A stretch of DNA of 64,000 nt. Origin: a virus. The position numbers and the translations under genes are program-made. Position 1 is the first letter of the stretch. Each line of letters begins with the position of its first letter. Where the stretch lies: IMG/VR virus record IMGVR_UViG_3300025035_000001; one strand, written 5' to 3'. This document shows, piece after piece, positions 26,861 to 37,042 of this stretch. The notes beneath the pieces were generated by a model, which was given only the letters and a program-made list of their open reading frames with translations, was not told the DNA's origin and made no database searches.

Positions 26861-27808
26861 TTAAAATAAATCGTTTGCTTCAAACTCAGTTTTAGTATAC
26901 TCTGTAACACGTGTGGCAAAAAAGTCTCCAAACTCTCTACCTCTGCTTAATGAATCAAACCAAGACATTCTATGAACAGCTTCTTTATTCACATTCATTA
27001 TTGGTGAATAACCTATTTCATTAAGTTTTAGATTAATCCGAAAAGCTACAAAATTCTTTAAATCGTTTTTATTAATAGTTCTTATTTCGTTAAATCCGTT
27101 GAATATAGAATCAATAAAAGACGTTTCTAACTCATATACTATATTTGCAGCAATAAGAATATCTTTTTCACACCGTTCTTTTAATCCTTTTGTTTCTTCA
27201 CATAAAGTATTAAATAGTTGAATACCTCCTTTGCTGTGAAGGTCTTCATCTCTTATAGAATATGAAACTATTTGTCCTACACCTTTTAATAAATTTTCTT
27301 TTTGAAAAGAAAGAAGTACTGCAAAAGAACTAAAGATTAATACACCTTCTGTAAATGCTGAAAAAATAGCTAATGATTTTGCAATCTCTTCAATACTTTC
27401 AGATTTAGTGTCTATAAGATAATCTAATTTTGATTTTGTATGTTCATCTTGCACAAAAGCTTTATAATCGGCTAATCCTAATTCTTCATTTAACATAGAA
27501 TAAGAATCAATATGTATTCCTTCAAAATACGAAAAGGTGGCTGCCATCATTTGTATTTCAGGCTTTGGAAACCATTCTGCTACTTTCCGCCAGTAGTCAC
27601 CTACAAGAACTTCAGCTTGAACGAAACCTTTAAGAATACCACCTATTACTTCTTTTTCTGTCAGTGTTAAATCTTGCGACCAATTTTTTAAGTCTTCAGA
27701 TAATTTAATTTCGTCTTTTGTCCAATGAACAGATTGTTGTAATCTGTAATAATCATAAGACCATTGATATTCAAAAGGCTTATAATAGTTTCTTAATTTA
27801 TTAATCAT
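26861..27808 (-). CDS. nrdB: Ribonucleotide reductase class Ia beta subunit
   Basis: W...E, EGIHIDSYS, EGVLIFSSF and DEDLH di-iron ligands; adjacent to nrdA. Confidence 0.93.
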   Translation of the reverse strand: MINKLRNYYKPFEYQWSYDYYRLQQSVHWTKDEIKLSEDLKNWSQDLTLTEKEVIGGILKGFVQAEVLVGDYWRKVAEWFPKPEIQMMAATFSYFEGIHIDSYSMLNEELGLADYKAFVQDEHTKSKLDYLIDTKSESIEEIAKSLAIFSAFTEGVLIFSSFAVLLSFQKENLLKGVGQIVSYSIRDEDLHSKGGIQLFNTLCEETKGLKERCEKDILIAANIVYELETSFIDSIFNGFNEIRTINKNDLKNFVAFRINLKLNEIGYSPIMNVNKEAVHRMSWFDSLSRGREFGDFFATRVTEYTKTEFEANDLF

Positions 27809-27833
27809 TTTGATAAAGTTAAAATTTTAAATA

Positions 27834-27859
27834 AAAAGAGTCACAAATGTAACTCTTTT
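27834..27859. terminator. Hairpin upstream of nrdB
   Basis: aaaagagt / actctttt 8-bp stem; on the minus strand the loop contains TACATTTG. Confidence 0.5.
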
Positions 27860-28194
27860 ATCACAACTCAGACGTTAATTTTTAACGGCTCTTAATTATT
27901 TTAAACCAGAAAGTAGGTTCTTTTTTGTAAAGGTCAATTAAAAGCCAAACAATTCCTTGATAATGTATTGTGTAGATATTCTTTTTTGTTTTAAATACAA
28001 AAACAAAATCTAAAAACAATATCAAGTAAGCAAACAAAAGTACTAGTATCATTATTTTAATTTTTTTAGTTTCACTGATGTAATCATTCTTTTTTTTTAA
28101 TTCTTCTTAACCATTTCATTCTTAATTTTTAGCAAAGATTTTTTATCTTTATTTATCACTTTTTAGAGTTTTTTAATTTGTTTATTTTTTATGT

Positions 28195-28632
28195 TTATAC
28201 GGGTTCAAAATAAAAAGACCCTCTTCGATTACTCCATTGCGTTTTATTCGCCGGTATATACAATTTTTTTTCCGTATTTTTTGAAAAATACAAAATTTGT
28301 CCTTGTTCTAAAGCATCTTTTTTTAAAATTTTATATCTCCCTTCATCGCTTATTACCATAATACCATCTACTTTAACAACTAAAGCATAAGGTACAGACC
28401 AAGAATTTGTTTTTTGATGTTTAAACTTTTCTAAGTCTTTTTTCATAAAAATAAGAAACTCTCGGTTATTTTTTTTAGATATTACAAGTGTACCGATTAC
28501 TCTATCTGTTAACGCATTAGGTGGCTTTAAAAATACTTTATTACCTATTAACTGATAAAAAGCTCCGTCAGAATCTTTAAATGTAAATTCTGGTTCTAAC
28601 GCTTTCAATTGTTCATCTGTTGGTTTTTTCAA
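28195..28632 (-). CDS. Hypothetical protein
   Basis: ORF track, 145 aa. Confidence 0.7.
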   Translation of the reverse strand: MKKPTDEQLKALEPEFTFKDSDGAFYQLIGNKVFLKPPNALTDRVIGTLVISKKNNREFLIFMKKDLEKFKHQKTNSWSVPYALVVKVDGIMVISDEGRYKILKKDALEQGQILYFSKNTEKKLYIPANKTQWSNRRGSFYFEPV

Positions 28633-28841
28633 TTTTCTCTTATTAAATTAAAATGAATAATAAATTGATTAATGTCATAAGCGATACGTGAACCTTTTAG
28701 TCTTATAACTATAGCTTCATCACCATCTAAATTTATAACAATTACATCTTCAACCCTAAGTAACATATCTTTGCGAAAAGAATTACTTAAATCTTCTTTA
28801 GGTGAAACCCATACGATTTGTTTTAAGGTTGTTGTATCCAT
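28629..28841 (-). CDS. Hypothetical protein
   Basis: ORF track; overlapping start/stop. Confidence 0.65.
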   Translation of the reverse strand: MDTTTLKQIVWVSPKEDLSNSFRKDMLLRVEDVIVINLDGDEAIVIRLKGSRIAYDINQFIIHFNLIREN

Positions 28842-29419
28842 TATTGTTTTAATTTAAAAGCGTAACTTCGTTTTGGTAACATTGGTGTAGCTTTACAAAG
28901 TAATAAAAATATTCTTTCAAAAGGTTTTCCCTCATCTGTAAAAATATATTCATAAGCATCTACTTTATAACCATCGTCATCAGTTACATAAAATTTATTT
29001 ATTTGACAACGAAAACCTTCAATTTCTTCTACGTGGTAAGAGACTACGATACTATCTACCTCAAAGAAAAAAGAAATTTCTTGAAATTGAACAATCATTT
29101 TGTTGTCATATCTGGTGAAACTGCAATCTTCTACTTCAACGAATTTATAATCATATAAAACCTTGACTGTTAGCGTAGTATCGAACGCTAACTCTTTAAT
29201 TTTATATGTCTGGGCTTCTATATTAAAAAAGATTAAGAGAAATAAACAACTTAAAAATATCTTTTTTCCTTCTTGTTTTAACCGTATTGCGATACATTTG
29301 ATATTTTTCTGAGATGTTTCGTGTATTCTAGCTAATTCAATAATGTTAAATTTAAATTTATCATTTTGAATTAACGTATCTCGTATCTTTTCATTTTTTG
29401 TTTTGTTTTTACTATTCAT
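28841..29419 (-). CDS. Hypothetical protein with internal hydrophobic segment
   Basis: IFLSCLFLLIFFNIEAQ resembles a signal or transmembrane segment after a basic N-terminus. Confidence 0.65.
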   Translation of the reverse strand: MNSKNKTKNEKIRDTLIQNDKFKFNIIELARIHETSQKNIKCIAIRLKQEGKKIFLSCLFLLIFFNIEAQTYKIKELAFDTTLTVKVLYDYKFVEVEDCSFTRYDNKMIVQFQEISFFFEVDSIVVSYHVEEIEGFRCQINKFYVTDDDGYKVDAYEYIFTDEGKPFERIFLLLCKATPMLPKRSYAFKLKQ

Positions 29420-30384
29420 TTAATATTAGTTAATAATTCAATAAGACTAGGATAACGGTCTTGTTCTGTTTTATCTGAAGCTTTTAAAACAATAATGTCA
29501 GTAGAACTTCGAGATAAGTTGTTTAAATAATAGAATGAAGAATGTATAATACTTTCAAGTATACTTCCTGTAACTTTATATCGCTCTACTGATTTATATT
29601 TTTTATGCACACCGAAAAAATAAAAGTTTATCTTATCGTAAGATACTTTGTATTTCAAATGGTACGCATAAGCGTATAAAGCAGCTTGATATATATTATT
29701 CCATTGACGTATAAAAGAAGGTAAATTTTCAGAACGAAATGACTTATAATCTATTAAAATGTGTTCATCTCTATTAATCAATACTACATCAATCATTATT
29801 TTAATTAGTTTATCTGTTTTTGGACAAGTAACTAATTCTATTACTTCACGGTTAACAAAAATTGCTTTATTAAACAATTCTTTTAATTTTTCATCTTGCC
29901 ATAAATGATTGTATAATAATTTAATATTGTTAATTGTTTCTATTGGCTTTGAAAACTCTAAATTAGTTATAGGGTATCTGCCAGATTCTCTTATTTTATT
30001 TATTTGATTATCAATTTCAATAACCTCTTCTTTTATTTTATCAATGGCTTTTTCTATTTTAGGTAATAAAGATTTATCACCCATTTTATAAGCTTTAGTA
30101 GCTAAGTTATCAAAAGCGTTTACATAAGATTCTATTGTGTATTTACCTCTTACAACATCTGCTTTACTAGACGATAAGGGTAACTCTACTGCTTGTAAAG
30201 CTTCTACTAAAATAGGTTGTTCTAAACATTCGTGTAATAAAGAACCAAACCGCAAAGCTTCAGTACTCGGAGTGGTCTTCTCTTGATACAAGTGACCAGT
30301 ACCTCTAATATAATATTCCACAAAATTTTTAATTTTTGATGAATTTATTCGTGAAACATCTTCAAAATATTCTTCTCTTGTCAT
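29416..30384 (-). CDS. PD-(D/E)xK exonuclease (RecE/exonuclease VIII-like)
   Basis: SSKIK, ALRFGSLLHECLEQP, IDVV...LIDYKS, YQAALY. Confidence 0.75.
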   Translation of the reverse strand: MTREEYFEDVSRINSSKIKNFVEYYIRGTGHLYQEKTTPSTEALRFGSLLHECLEQPILVEALQAVELPLSSSKADVVRGKYTIESYVNAFDNLATKAYKMGDKSLLPKIEKAIDKIKEEVIEIDNQINKIRESGRYPITNLEFSKPIETINNIKLLYNHLWQDEKLKELFNKAIFVNREVIELVTCPKTDKLIKIMIDVVLINRDEHILIDYKSFRSENLPSFIRQWNNIYQAALYAYAYHLKYKVSYDKINFYFFGVHKKYKSVERYKVTGSILESIIHSSFYYLNNLSRSSTDIIVLKASDKTEQDRYPSLIELLTNIK

Positions 30385-31208
30385 ATCTTTCCTTTATTTA
30401 ATGAAAAATCAATAAATGAAACACCTTCAAAACCTTTTCTATCATAAATATAATCGATGTGATATTGTAAATCATTAGTTAGGTTTTTAGAAATTAAATA
30501 AGTCATTGCCTGTGATTTAGAGATATTAGACATTTGTGCTCTCATAATAAATTGAATCATCACATTATGACGATTACCTTTTTGATATATGCCGTATTTC
30601 TTCAAAACATAAAATAAAATATTATCACAAGTTTTAATATAATTTTTAACTTTCCCTACTCTTTTTTCTAGTACTGGTGGTTGAATATCTTTAGCACAAA
30701 TTAGTATTTCAGATTTAGGATTATAAAACAGGTTTTCATCTTTAGACATTACATTGTTTCGACTGATATTAGAAACACTAGTATCTACAAAAACACCTTG
30801 TTGTTTAAGAATATCAGCGTATTTCAAATACGTTGGTTTATAATTATTTACGGTAATGTGATTGCAAGCAACTAATATACCTAAACCTCTTTCGGTAACT
30901 GATTTCCAATAAGCTCTAACATAAGGAAGCTTAGTAGCATCAATTTTTTCATCTACATCTACATACAATAAATTTGAAGGTTTAATTAAACCACTTGTCT
31001 TTTTAGAAGAGAAAGTACCTGCCCATGTAATTACTGGTAAGTTAGCTTTAAGATTCTCATAATTTAATCCTTTATTATATTTTTCTCGGATTAAATCGAT
31101 TCTTTTAGATATTCTTTCACTTGGATTTTTAATGTTGTTAAGAACTATTTCTAAATTAACATCTGTTATCTTAGTATTAGAAAATCGGTTTATAAATACA
31201 CTTACCAT
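30381..31208 (-). CDS. BT4734/VirE-N-like primase-polymerase domain protein
   Basis: KANLPVITWAGTF, LLYVDVD, KSVTERG, and a C-terminal GNRH helical (PriCT-like) region. Confidence 0.65.
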   Translation of the reverse strand: MVSVFINRFSNTKITDVNLEIVLNNIKNPSERISKRIDLIREKYNKGLNYENLKANLPVITWAGTFSSKKTSGLIKPSNLLYVDVDEKIDATKLPYVRAYWKSVTERGLGILVACNHITVNNYKPTYLKYADILKQQGVFVDTSVSNISRNNVMSKDENLFYNPKSEILICAKDIQPPVLEKRVGKVKNYIKTCDNILFYVLKKYGIYQKGNRHNVMIQFIMRAQMSNISKSQAMTYLISKNLTNDLQYHIDYIYDRKGFEGVSFIDFSLNKGKI

Positions 31209-31234
31209 ACTGTTTATTTTAAAGAATTAAAAAG

Positions 31235-31262
31235 AAAGCATCTGTATTTCTACAGATGCTTT
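31235..31262 (-). terminator. Intrinsic terminator
   Basis: aaagcatctgta / tacagatgcttt 12-bp stem after the SSB-like gene. Confidence 0.75.
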
Positions 31263-31268
31263 TGTAAT

Positions 31269-32168
31269 TTAAAACGGTAATTCAGAATTATCTGTTTGTA
31301 TTACTGCGGGTGTATCTTTGATGTCACTAATTTTAAAATCAGACCCATAGTCACTTTCACGATACTCAATCAAAGTTCTAGGAATAGATAAACCGTTAGG
31401 TGTGGTATAAGTACCTCTAGGTAAATTGTATTGATTTCCATCTTGACTTTCTTTCATTACAAAATCAGCAATATAATCATAAGCCCTATCAGTTAATGTA
31501 CCACCTTTCCAAAACTCTTGATTATAAACAGTTGGATAACCTGAATCATTAATATAAAATAAAACTCTAACTCTACAATCTGCATTAACAGGATTGTTAA
31601 CAGTATCTTTAAAAATTGTAACTTCTCCTTCAGCAATAGAATCAAAATCTAAAGCTTCAAATAACACATTAGGTTCTAAGTTTAACCAACGTGTCATAAA
31701 TTTATACATCATTAACTCACCTTCTCTAGCAGCGTACAAAGGTGATGCATTTGTGAACCAACCCATATTAGGGTTATTTTGCATAGCGGTGATAGCTTCT
31801 TCAACTGTAGAATATTTTTTACCAGTACCGATAGAACGAATTGCATCTTTAAATTCAGCGTTCATAATACGAACAGTTTGTCGTTCTTTACCTAGATATT
31901 CTATTCTATTAGATACTGATATTCTTAAATTGTTAAAAATTTCTTTAGTAGTATCTCCTATTTGAATAGAATCTTTTAACCAAAACGACAAAATTTGAAA
32001 CTTATTTCCGTCGTTATAAATATCAACCCCATCATATTCAGGGTCTTTCTGAATCATTATACCGTTGTCGTTTAACTCTTCTTTTGTGGGATTGAAAAAT
32101 GCAATTTGAGAATTAGATAAACCTAAAACTTTTGTTCCGTTACTTGATGGTTTTTTTCCTACTAACAT
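31269..32168 (-). CDS. Putative single-stranded DNA-binding protein
   Basis: Acidic tail ending ELPF; located in the replication cluster. Confidence 0.55.
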   Translation of the reverse strand: MLVGKKPSSNGTKVLGLSNSQIAFFNPTKEELNDNGIMIQKDPEYDGVDIYNDGNKFQILSFWLKDSIQIGDTTKEIFNNLRISVSNRIEYLGKERQTVRIMNAEFKDAIRSIGTGKKYSTVEEAITAMQNNPNMGWFTNASPLYAAREGELMMYKFMTRWLNLEPNVLFEALDFDSIAEGEVTIFKDTVNNPVNADCRVRVLFYINDSGYPTVYNQEFWKGGTLTDRAYDYIADFVMKESQDGNQYNLPRGTYTTPNGLSIPRTLIEYRESDYGSDFKISDIKDTPAVIQTDNSELPF

Positions 32169-32208
32169 ACTTTTTGTTTTTATAAATGAATTAAAATATT
32201 GAAAAATA

Positions 32209-32252
32209 AAAAAGAGTAAAGAGGTTCAAACATAAACAACTTTACTCTTTTT
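32209..32252. terminator. Hairpin between 32266 gene and the SSB-like gene
   Basis: aaaaagagtaaag / ctttactcttttt 13-bp stem; on the minus strand the loop contains TATGTTTG. Confidence 0.6.
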
Positions 32253-32265
32253 AAAAATTTGTTTT

Positions 32266-32823
32266 TTAGTTACTTTTTACAGTTTCCTCTACTGATTTAA
32301 CTTCGTTATTAACTTCTTCAAAATCGTCTTTTACCGTATTTAAACCAAGAGTACCTGATTTTTTCTTAGCTACAATAGGTACAACTCTAGCAGGTACGAT
32401 TTCATAAAATTCTAAATATTCTGCACCTTTAAGACCACTACTTGCTGCTGATTTACGTAACTCAATTGTTTTTTGAACATCGCAATCCTTCACATCAAAA
32501 TTGTTAGTGTTAATATGAATATAGCGTCCAATCAAATCGACTAAATCACTTCTTAATACTTCGTGATTACCGTCTTTCATTTTAGGTACAGTATGCGTTC
32601 TAAAGTTATTTTGCATATCAGAGAGTAACGCTTCTCTTTCTCTGATTGCGGCAATATAAATTTTACCTGAATCTTGAATTAGAAAACTATATTTCTCATC
32701 AAACTTTGCTTTGATGGTGTTGTGATATAAAGCTTTTTTAGAATCGTATTTAATTCTAATTAAATAATCACTTGGTCTTGTTTTTTTTGTTTTTCTGGAG
32801 TTATTACTTGTGATGATTTCCAT
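32266..32823 (-). CDS. Hypothetical protein
   Basis: ORF track; likely start is MEII at 32823, which avoids overlap with the ATPase gene. Confidence 0.65.
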   Translation of the reverse strand: MEIITSNNSRKTKKTRPSDYLIRIKYDSKKALYHNTIKAKFDEKYSFLIQDSGKIYIAAIREREALLSDMQNNFRTHTVPKMKDGNHEVLRSDLVDLIGRYIHINTNNFDVKDCDVQKTIELRKSAASSGLKGAEYLEFYEIVPARVVPIVAKKKSGTLGLNTVKDDFEEVNNEVKSVEETVKSN

Positions 32824-32845
32824 TGTTTTTAAAAAATTAAAATGT

Positions 32846-33607
32846 TTATAGTAAAGATGTAAAAATACGTTCCCAATGAGCAGTGATTTTATTATCTTCG
32901 TCAGATTCAGCAACGACAATAGACTTACCTCTTAAGTGTTCAGGTCTTGCTTCAACAACCGTATTATCACCACCTTCAAAACTAATAATAGTTTTATTTT
33001 TTTTACGATATACATAACCTAATGCATCTGCTTTTGCAGGAATTAAACGTTTAAGTTTACCTGTTAAATCAATTTCCATAGTTGATAATTCTTTTCCATC
33101 TTTGTCAATTAATTTATCAGCGGAGTGACCTAACAATATTAAAGCTTTTTTAGGATAAGGAGTAAAAGAATTAATTATTTTTTTATACGCTTCTCTGACA
33201 TAAAGATAACCACCACCTTGCGGTAACGTTTTAACGTCTGCATTAGGATTTGGTAAACCTGTTTTTTTATCAATTTCCCAAGATTTACCCATAGGTGTTG
33301 CTCGGTATAACTGGTTAGCTAAAGGAAGAATAACATCTTCTAATATTGTGGCAGTATCGAGTGTGATAAAATCATATTGGTGTTCACTTTTTTGCAACGC
33401 TATGATAATATCTCTTAAAGATTCTACTGTTGTTGCTTTAACTTTCATACTTGATACAAAATCTGAACCATCTTCTAAATCTATTAATAAATTATTTGGT
33501 AACAATGATGCGATAGTAGTTTTACCACATTTGGGTTTACCGAATAAAATAATAAATCTAGGGTCTTTCTGTATTGCCTCAATAGGCGTTGTTGGTAATT
33601 CAATCAT
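32846..33607 (-). CDS. Sak4-like AAA ATPase / phage NTP-binding recombination protein
   Basis: GKPKCGKTT, IDLEDG, TLDTAT, GHS, ADALGY. Confidence 0.8.
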   Translation of the reverse strand: MIELPTTPIEAIQKDPRFIILFGKPKCGKTTIASLLPNNLLIDLEDGSDFVSSMKVKATTVESLRDIIIALQKSEHQYDFITLDTATILEDVILPLANQLYRATPMGKSWEIDKKTGLPNPNADVKTLPQGGGYLYVREAYKKIINSFTPYPKKALILLGHSADKLIDKDGKELSTMEIDLTGKLKRLIPAKADALGYVYRKKNKTIISFEGGDNTVVEARPEHLRGKSIVVAESDEDNKITAHWERIFTSLL

Positions 33608-33618
33608 TTTTTACTTTG

Positions 33619-34689
33619 TTATAGGTATATACCTTGTCTAATTTTAACATAATCTTGTGGAGTTAATTTACTAGCGATTGGTAATTGTTTAAATGTATTT
33701 GTAGAACCGTTATAATAAGTTCCAATAGAACCGATACTCCCAAATCGATTTTTAATAATGTGTAAAGAACGAAAGTAACCTCCCATAGAAGGAATGTTAA
33801 AACCTTCCATACTTTCTATTTGATATACGAAAGGGTCAAACACACCTATTACTACATCAGCATCGTGATAAGTAGTTTTATTATCTGCTAAACCATCTAA
33901 AGAAGGTATCATTTTTTCTACTACTGGTTTACCTTTCATATCATATTGGGCTTTTAACTTTTCACCAGACTGTTGTTGAATATTAATTACAGCACAGTTA
34001 AACTGTTTTTTTAGTATTTTTAAACAATACTCTTTTGACCATGACGATATTCTATTCCAAGCATTATTTTCATCACTCATTAAACCAATATGGTCTACTA
34101 CTACGAGATTAAACTCATACGGATTATGCGGATGGTATCTAAAAACTTTTTCACCTTCTTCATCAACTTCTTCTATTAATTTTCCTTTACTTAACAAATC
34201 AGTAGTGACATAACTTACCATTTCAGAAGGTTCATACAACGTATCTAAAATAACAACTTTAGAATAAATGTCTTTTACATAAGGTAGATATTTAGATATA
34301 ACCTGAATGTTAGTATCAGATAATATTTTATCACCTAACGATTGCAATTCTGCAAGACTTATTTCTAAATTAGTTTCTTTTTTTACGGTTGCACTTATTG
34401 TAGATAAAATAAATTGGTCTTTACTTTCTTCTAAAGCAAAATAATATATTTTTAAATCTATATTATGTTCTTTAGCAAAGCGTATAGCGTTAAAAACAAA
34501 AGCCGCTTTAGTAAATTGAGTTTTTCCAATACCTGAACCAGCTGTAACAATATACTGAAAACCTTTACGAATACCATATAATTTTTCCTGTAAACCTGGA
34601 ATATTAAAAGGTATTGAATGGTGTATACCATCAAGTCTATCTTGTTTAGCTTTTAAAAGCTTTTGATATAATTTATCTACTTCATTCAT
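33619..34689 (-). CDS. DnaB-like replicative helicase
   Basis: AGSGIGKT, ALEES, VVDHIG, QQ, and KNRFG arginine finger. Confidence 0.85.
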   Translation of the reverse strand: MNEVDKLYQKLLKAKQDRLDGIHHSIPFNIPGLQEKLYGIRKGFQYIVTAGSGIGKTQFTKAAFVFNAIRFAKEHNIDLKIYYFALEESKDQFILSTISATVKKETNLEISLAELQSLGDKILSDTNIQVISKYLPYVKDIYSKVVILDTLYEPSEMVSYVTTDLLSKGKLIEEVDEEGEKVFRYHPHNPYEFNLVVVDHIGLMSDENNAWNRISSWSKEYCLKILKKQFNCAVINIQQQSGEKLKAQYDMKGKPVVEKMIPSLDGLADNKTTYHDADVVIGVFDPFVYQIESMEGFNIPSMGGYFRSLHIIKNRFGSIGSIGTYYNGSTNTFKQLPIASKLTPQDYVKIRQGIYL

Positions 34690-35368
34690 TCGACATACCT
34701 AACCAGTTAACATTTTGTTTATTTTCAAAGGATTCCCAAGCAGCATCAACTACAAAATCACCAATTAACGTAAATCCAAATGTCTTACGTATTTCAGGAT
34801 TTTTTAAATTATTGATAATCTCTTTATGTAATTCTTCATTGTAATTTATTTGTTGAAGATAAATACTAAATAAGTCATTACGTTCGTAATACAACTCTCC
34901 TTTATATCTAAAACCCTTACTTAAACGTTTAGCGTTAAAATCTCCAGTAGATGTTTCTATAATTTTAGGATACGCTTCCCAAAACTCTAAAGCTATTTGA
35001 TAATAACGTTTACGTTGTTTATTTACTTTTTCTATCTGGTCTTCTTTAAAACCATAAATTTTAGATAAGTGAATCGCAAACTCTTCAGATAACTCAATCA
35101 AATCAGGAAAGTTATCTTCTTTTTCCCAACGATTTAATAACAATCCTTTTTCATACATCTCATTTATTTCTTCTCTGCTAATCTTATTTTTAATATTTTC
35201 ATCAAAAACACTTATATCAAGATAACAATATAAACTTTCTGTCAGTTTTAACCAAATAAACTTAACAAAAAGCAACTGTTGAGAAGTTAATTTAAATTGT
35301 GTAATAACTTCTACATCAGCTTTAGTATTATCTTCTAACGCTCTTTGTCGTATTTCAGAAACTGTCAT
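34682..35368 (-). CDS. Hypothetical protein (possibly helicase-loader or replication associated)
   Basis: ORF track; likely start MTVSE; FWEAYP motif; lies between two helicases. Confidence 0.6.
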   Translation of the reverse strand: MTVSEIRQRALEDNTKADVEVITQFKLTSQQLLFVKFIWLKLTESLYCYLDISVFDENIKNKISREEINEMYEKGLLLNRWEKEDNFPDLIELSEEFAIHLSKIYGFKEDQIEKVNKQRKRYYQIALEFWEAYPKIIETSTGDFNAKRLSKGFRYKGELYYERNDLFSIYLQQINYNEELHKEIINNLKNPEIRKTFGFTLIGDFVVDAAWESFENKQNVNWLGMSNE

Positions 35369-35373
35369 TTCTA

Positions 35374-36774
35374 TTACCCCATCAGGTCTTTCTCCTCTAA
35401 CCATATTGGACTTTCTTTATTGTTTTTTTGTAATATGTTAAGAAATTTTAATTCATACGTTGATTCACCGTTATTTACTTGTGGATGATATGCCATGTAT
35501 AAATTATATACTATACTTTTATCTAACAATTCATCTCTTTGTCGAACTACTCTTCCATCTTTCTGTACTTTTTGATATTGTTTTGTATTATAACCATGAT
35601 GAATTGAAATTCTAGCTTTTTTAAAATCAGCTCCTTCTTTCGCAGTACTTACTGAATTTAGCATATTACAGCTTGCCTCACCTTCATCAAACAATTTTGC
35701 ATTTATCTTTCGTTGTTTAACTGAAAGACCACTATGATGACTAAGCCCACCAATTTTTTCGGTAATTAAATCTGCAAAATTTTGTGACATTGTAAAGTTA
35801 ATTTTATGCTCTTCAGGATGTAATTCAACAATACGTCTTAACACTTTTAAGCGTTGTGTATTGTTATTTACTAACTTTGTCTTAGCAGCTTGTAATGAAT
35901 AAACATCCGCAATTGCTTTTTTTAATGTACCTACAGGAACATTACGTAGCGCAGCTAAACGCTCTAATGCTGGAGAAACCATTACTTTGTAAGGTTGACC
36001 TTTTTTTTCTCCTGATTTGTAAAACTTAATTTGTTCATAGTGTTTAAGTAAAACAGTTTCAGGATTGTTATCACCTATATAAATAATACCTTCGTTTAAA
36101 CTGCGATAACCTATAAACTTAACTGTATTTAACTGACGAAGATTTTTAAACTGACCATATCTCCACTTTTGTTTTTGAGCTTCTTCAAAATCTTCTATTT
36201 TAGGGTCTAAATATAACAATGTATCTCGTAGATTTGTTTCGATACGCATTAAGTTTTTAGAAGTTAAATAATCAAGATGAATTTTGACATTGTATTCTTT
36301 ACGGGTATTAATCCAGTTGTTTTGTTCAGCTTCTTCTCTAGTAACTATATCACTAATAGGAAATCCATATTTTTCCATAGCTTTATAATGTGTTTCATCT
36401 AAAGTGGCAGTTAATGCAATCATTTTAGAAGATGCAAATACTTTAAGAACTCTGATATATTCTTCAGTATTAATCAATAAATGAACTTCATCTATGATTA
36501 AAAAATCAACATGTATAGGTTTAGATTTATATAAAGATTGCCAAGTATCTACTGGACAATCTACTTCACTTTTCCATTGTGTACGTAATAAATCCGTAGG
36601 TACAATAATTTGAAACTTAATATTTGGATTCTTAGTCTTTGCTTTTTGTATGATTTTCAAAGCTACTCTAGTTTTACCATAACCTGTTACGGCTAACAAA
36701 GTAGCTTTATGTTTACTAACAATATCATCACGTATTTTAACGATATTGATTTCTTGTCTTTCGTCTCTTGTCAT
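35374..36774 (-). CDS. Superfamily 2 helicase
   Basis: TGYGKT, VPT, DEVH, TAT, and QKDGRVVR. Confidence 0.85.
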   Translation of the reverse strand: MTRDERQEINIVKIRDDIVSKHKATLLAVTGYGKTRVALKIIQKAKTKNPNIKFQIIVPTDLLRTQWKSEVDCPVDTWQSLYKSKPIHVDFLIIDEVHLLINTEEYIRVLKVFASSKMIALTATLDETHYKAMEKYGFPISDIVTREEAEQNNWINTRKEYNVKIHLDYLTSKNLMRIETNLRDTLLYLDPKIEDFEEAQKQKWRYGQFKNLRQLNTVKFIGYRSLNEGIIYIGDNNPETVLLKHYEQIKFYKSGEKKGQPYKVMVSPALERLAALRNVPVGTLKKAIADVYSLQAAKTKLVNNNTQRLKVLRRIVELHPEEHKINFTMSQNFADLITEKIGGLSHHSGLSVKQRKINAKLFDEGEASCNMLNSVSTAKEGADFKKARISIHHGYNTKQYQKVQKDGRVVRQRDELLDKSIVYNLYMAYHPQVNNGESTYELKFLNILQKNNKESPIWLEEKDLMG

Positions 36775-36776
36775 AA

Positions 36777-37040
36777 TTACTGATTATAAAGCTCTTCTAT
36801 TTTTTCATATAAAGTATTTCTTTTAGTAATGTCGTTAAGTAGTTGTGTAAACCTCTCCAACATTTCGGTTGTTTTAAGGTTATTATTCTTTTTTTCAGAT
36901 AATATAAAACCTTTTTTTTCTAAATAGATAATAATATCTAATTCATCCATTTCCATTAAAAGAGATTCAGGAGTATAATAATCTAAAATATCATATATCT
37001 CTATATCTTTTAATATTCTGTTTAATTCAATTTTATTCAT
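36777..37040 (-). CDS. Hypothetical protein
   Basis: ORF track; tight packing. Confidence 0.7.
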   Translation of the reverse strand: MNKIELNRILKDIEIYDILDYYTPESLLMEMDELDIIIYLEKKGFILSEKKNNNLKTTEMLERFTQLLNDITKRNTLYEKIEELYNQ

Positions 37041-37042
37041 AC

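Noticed and set aside
26860-26931. Longer nrdA start given in the ORF track
   Set aside because: It overlaps the end of nrdB; the ATG at 26859 fits operon spacing.
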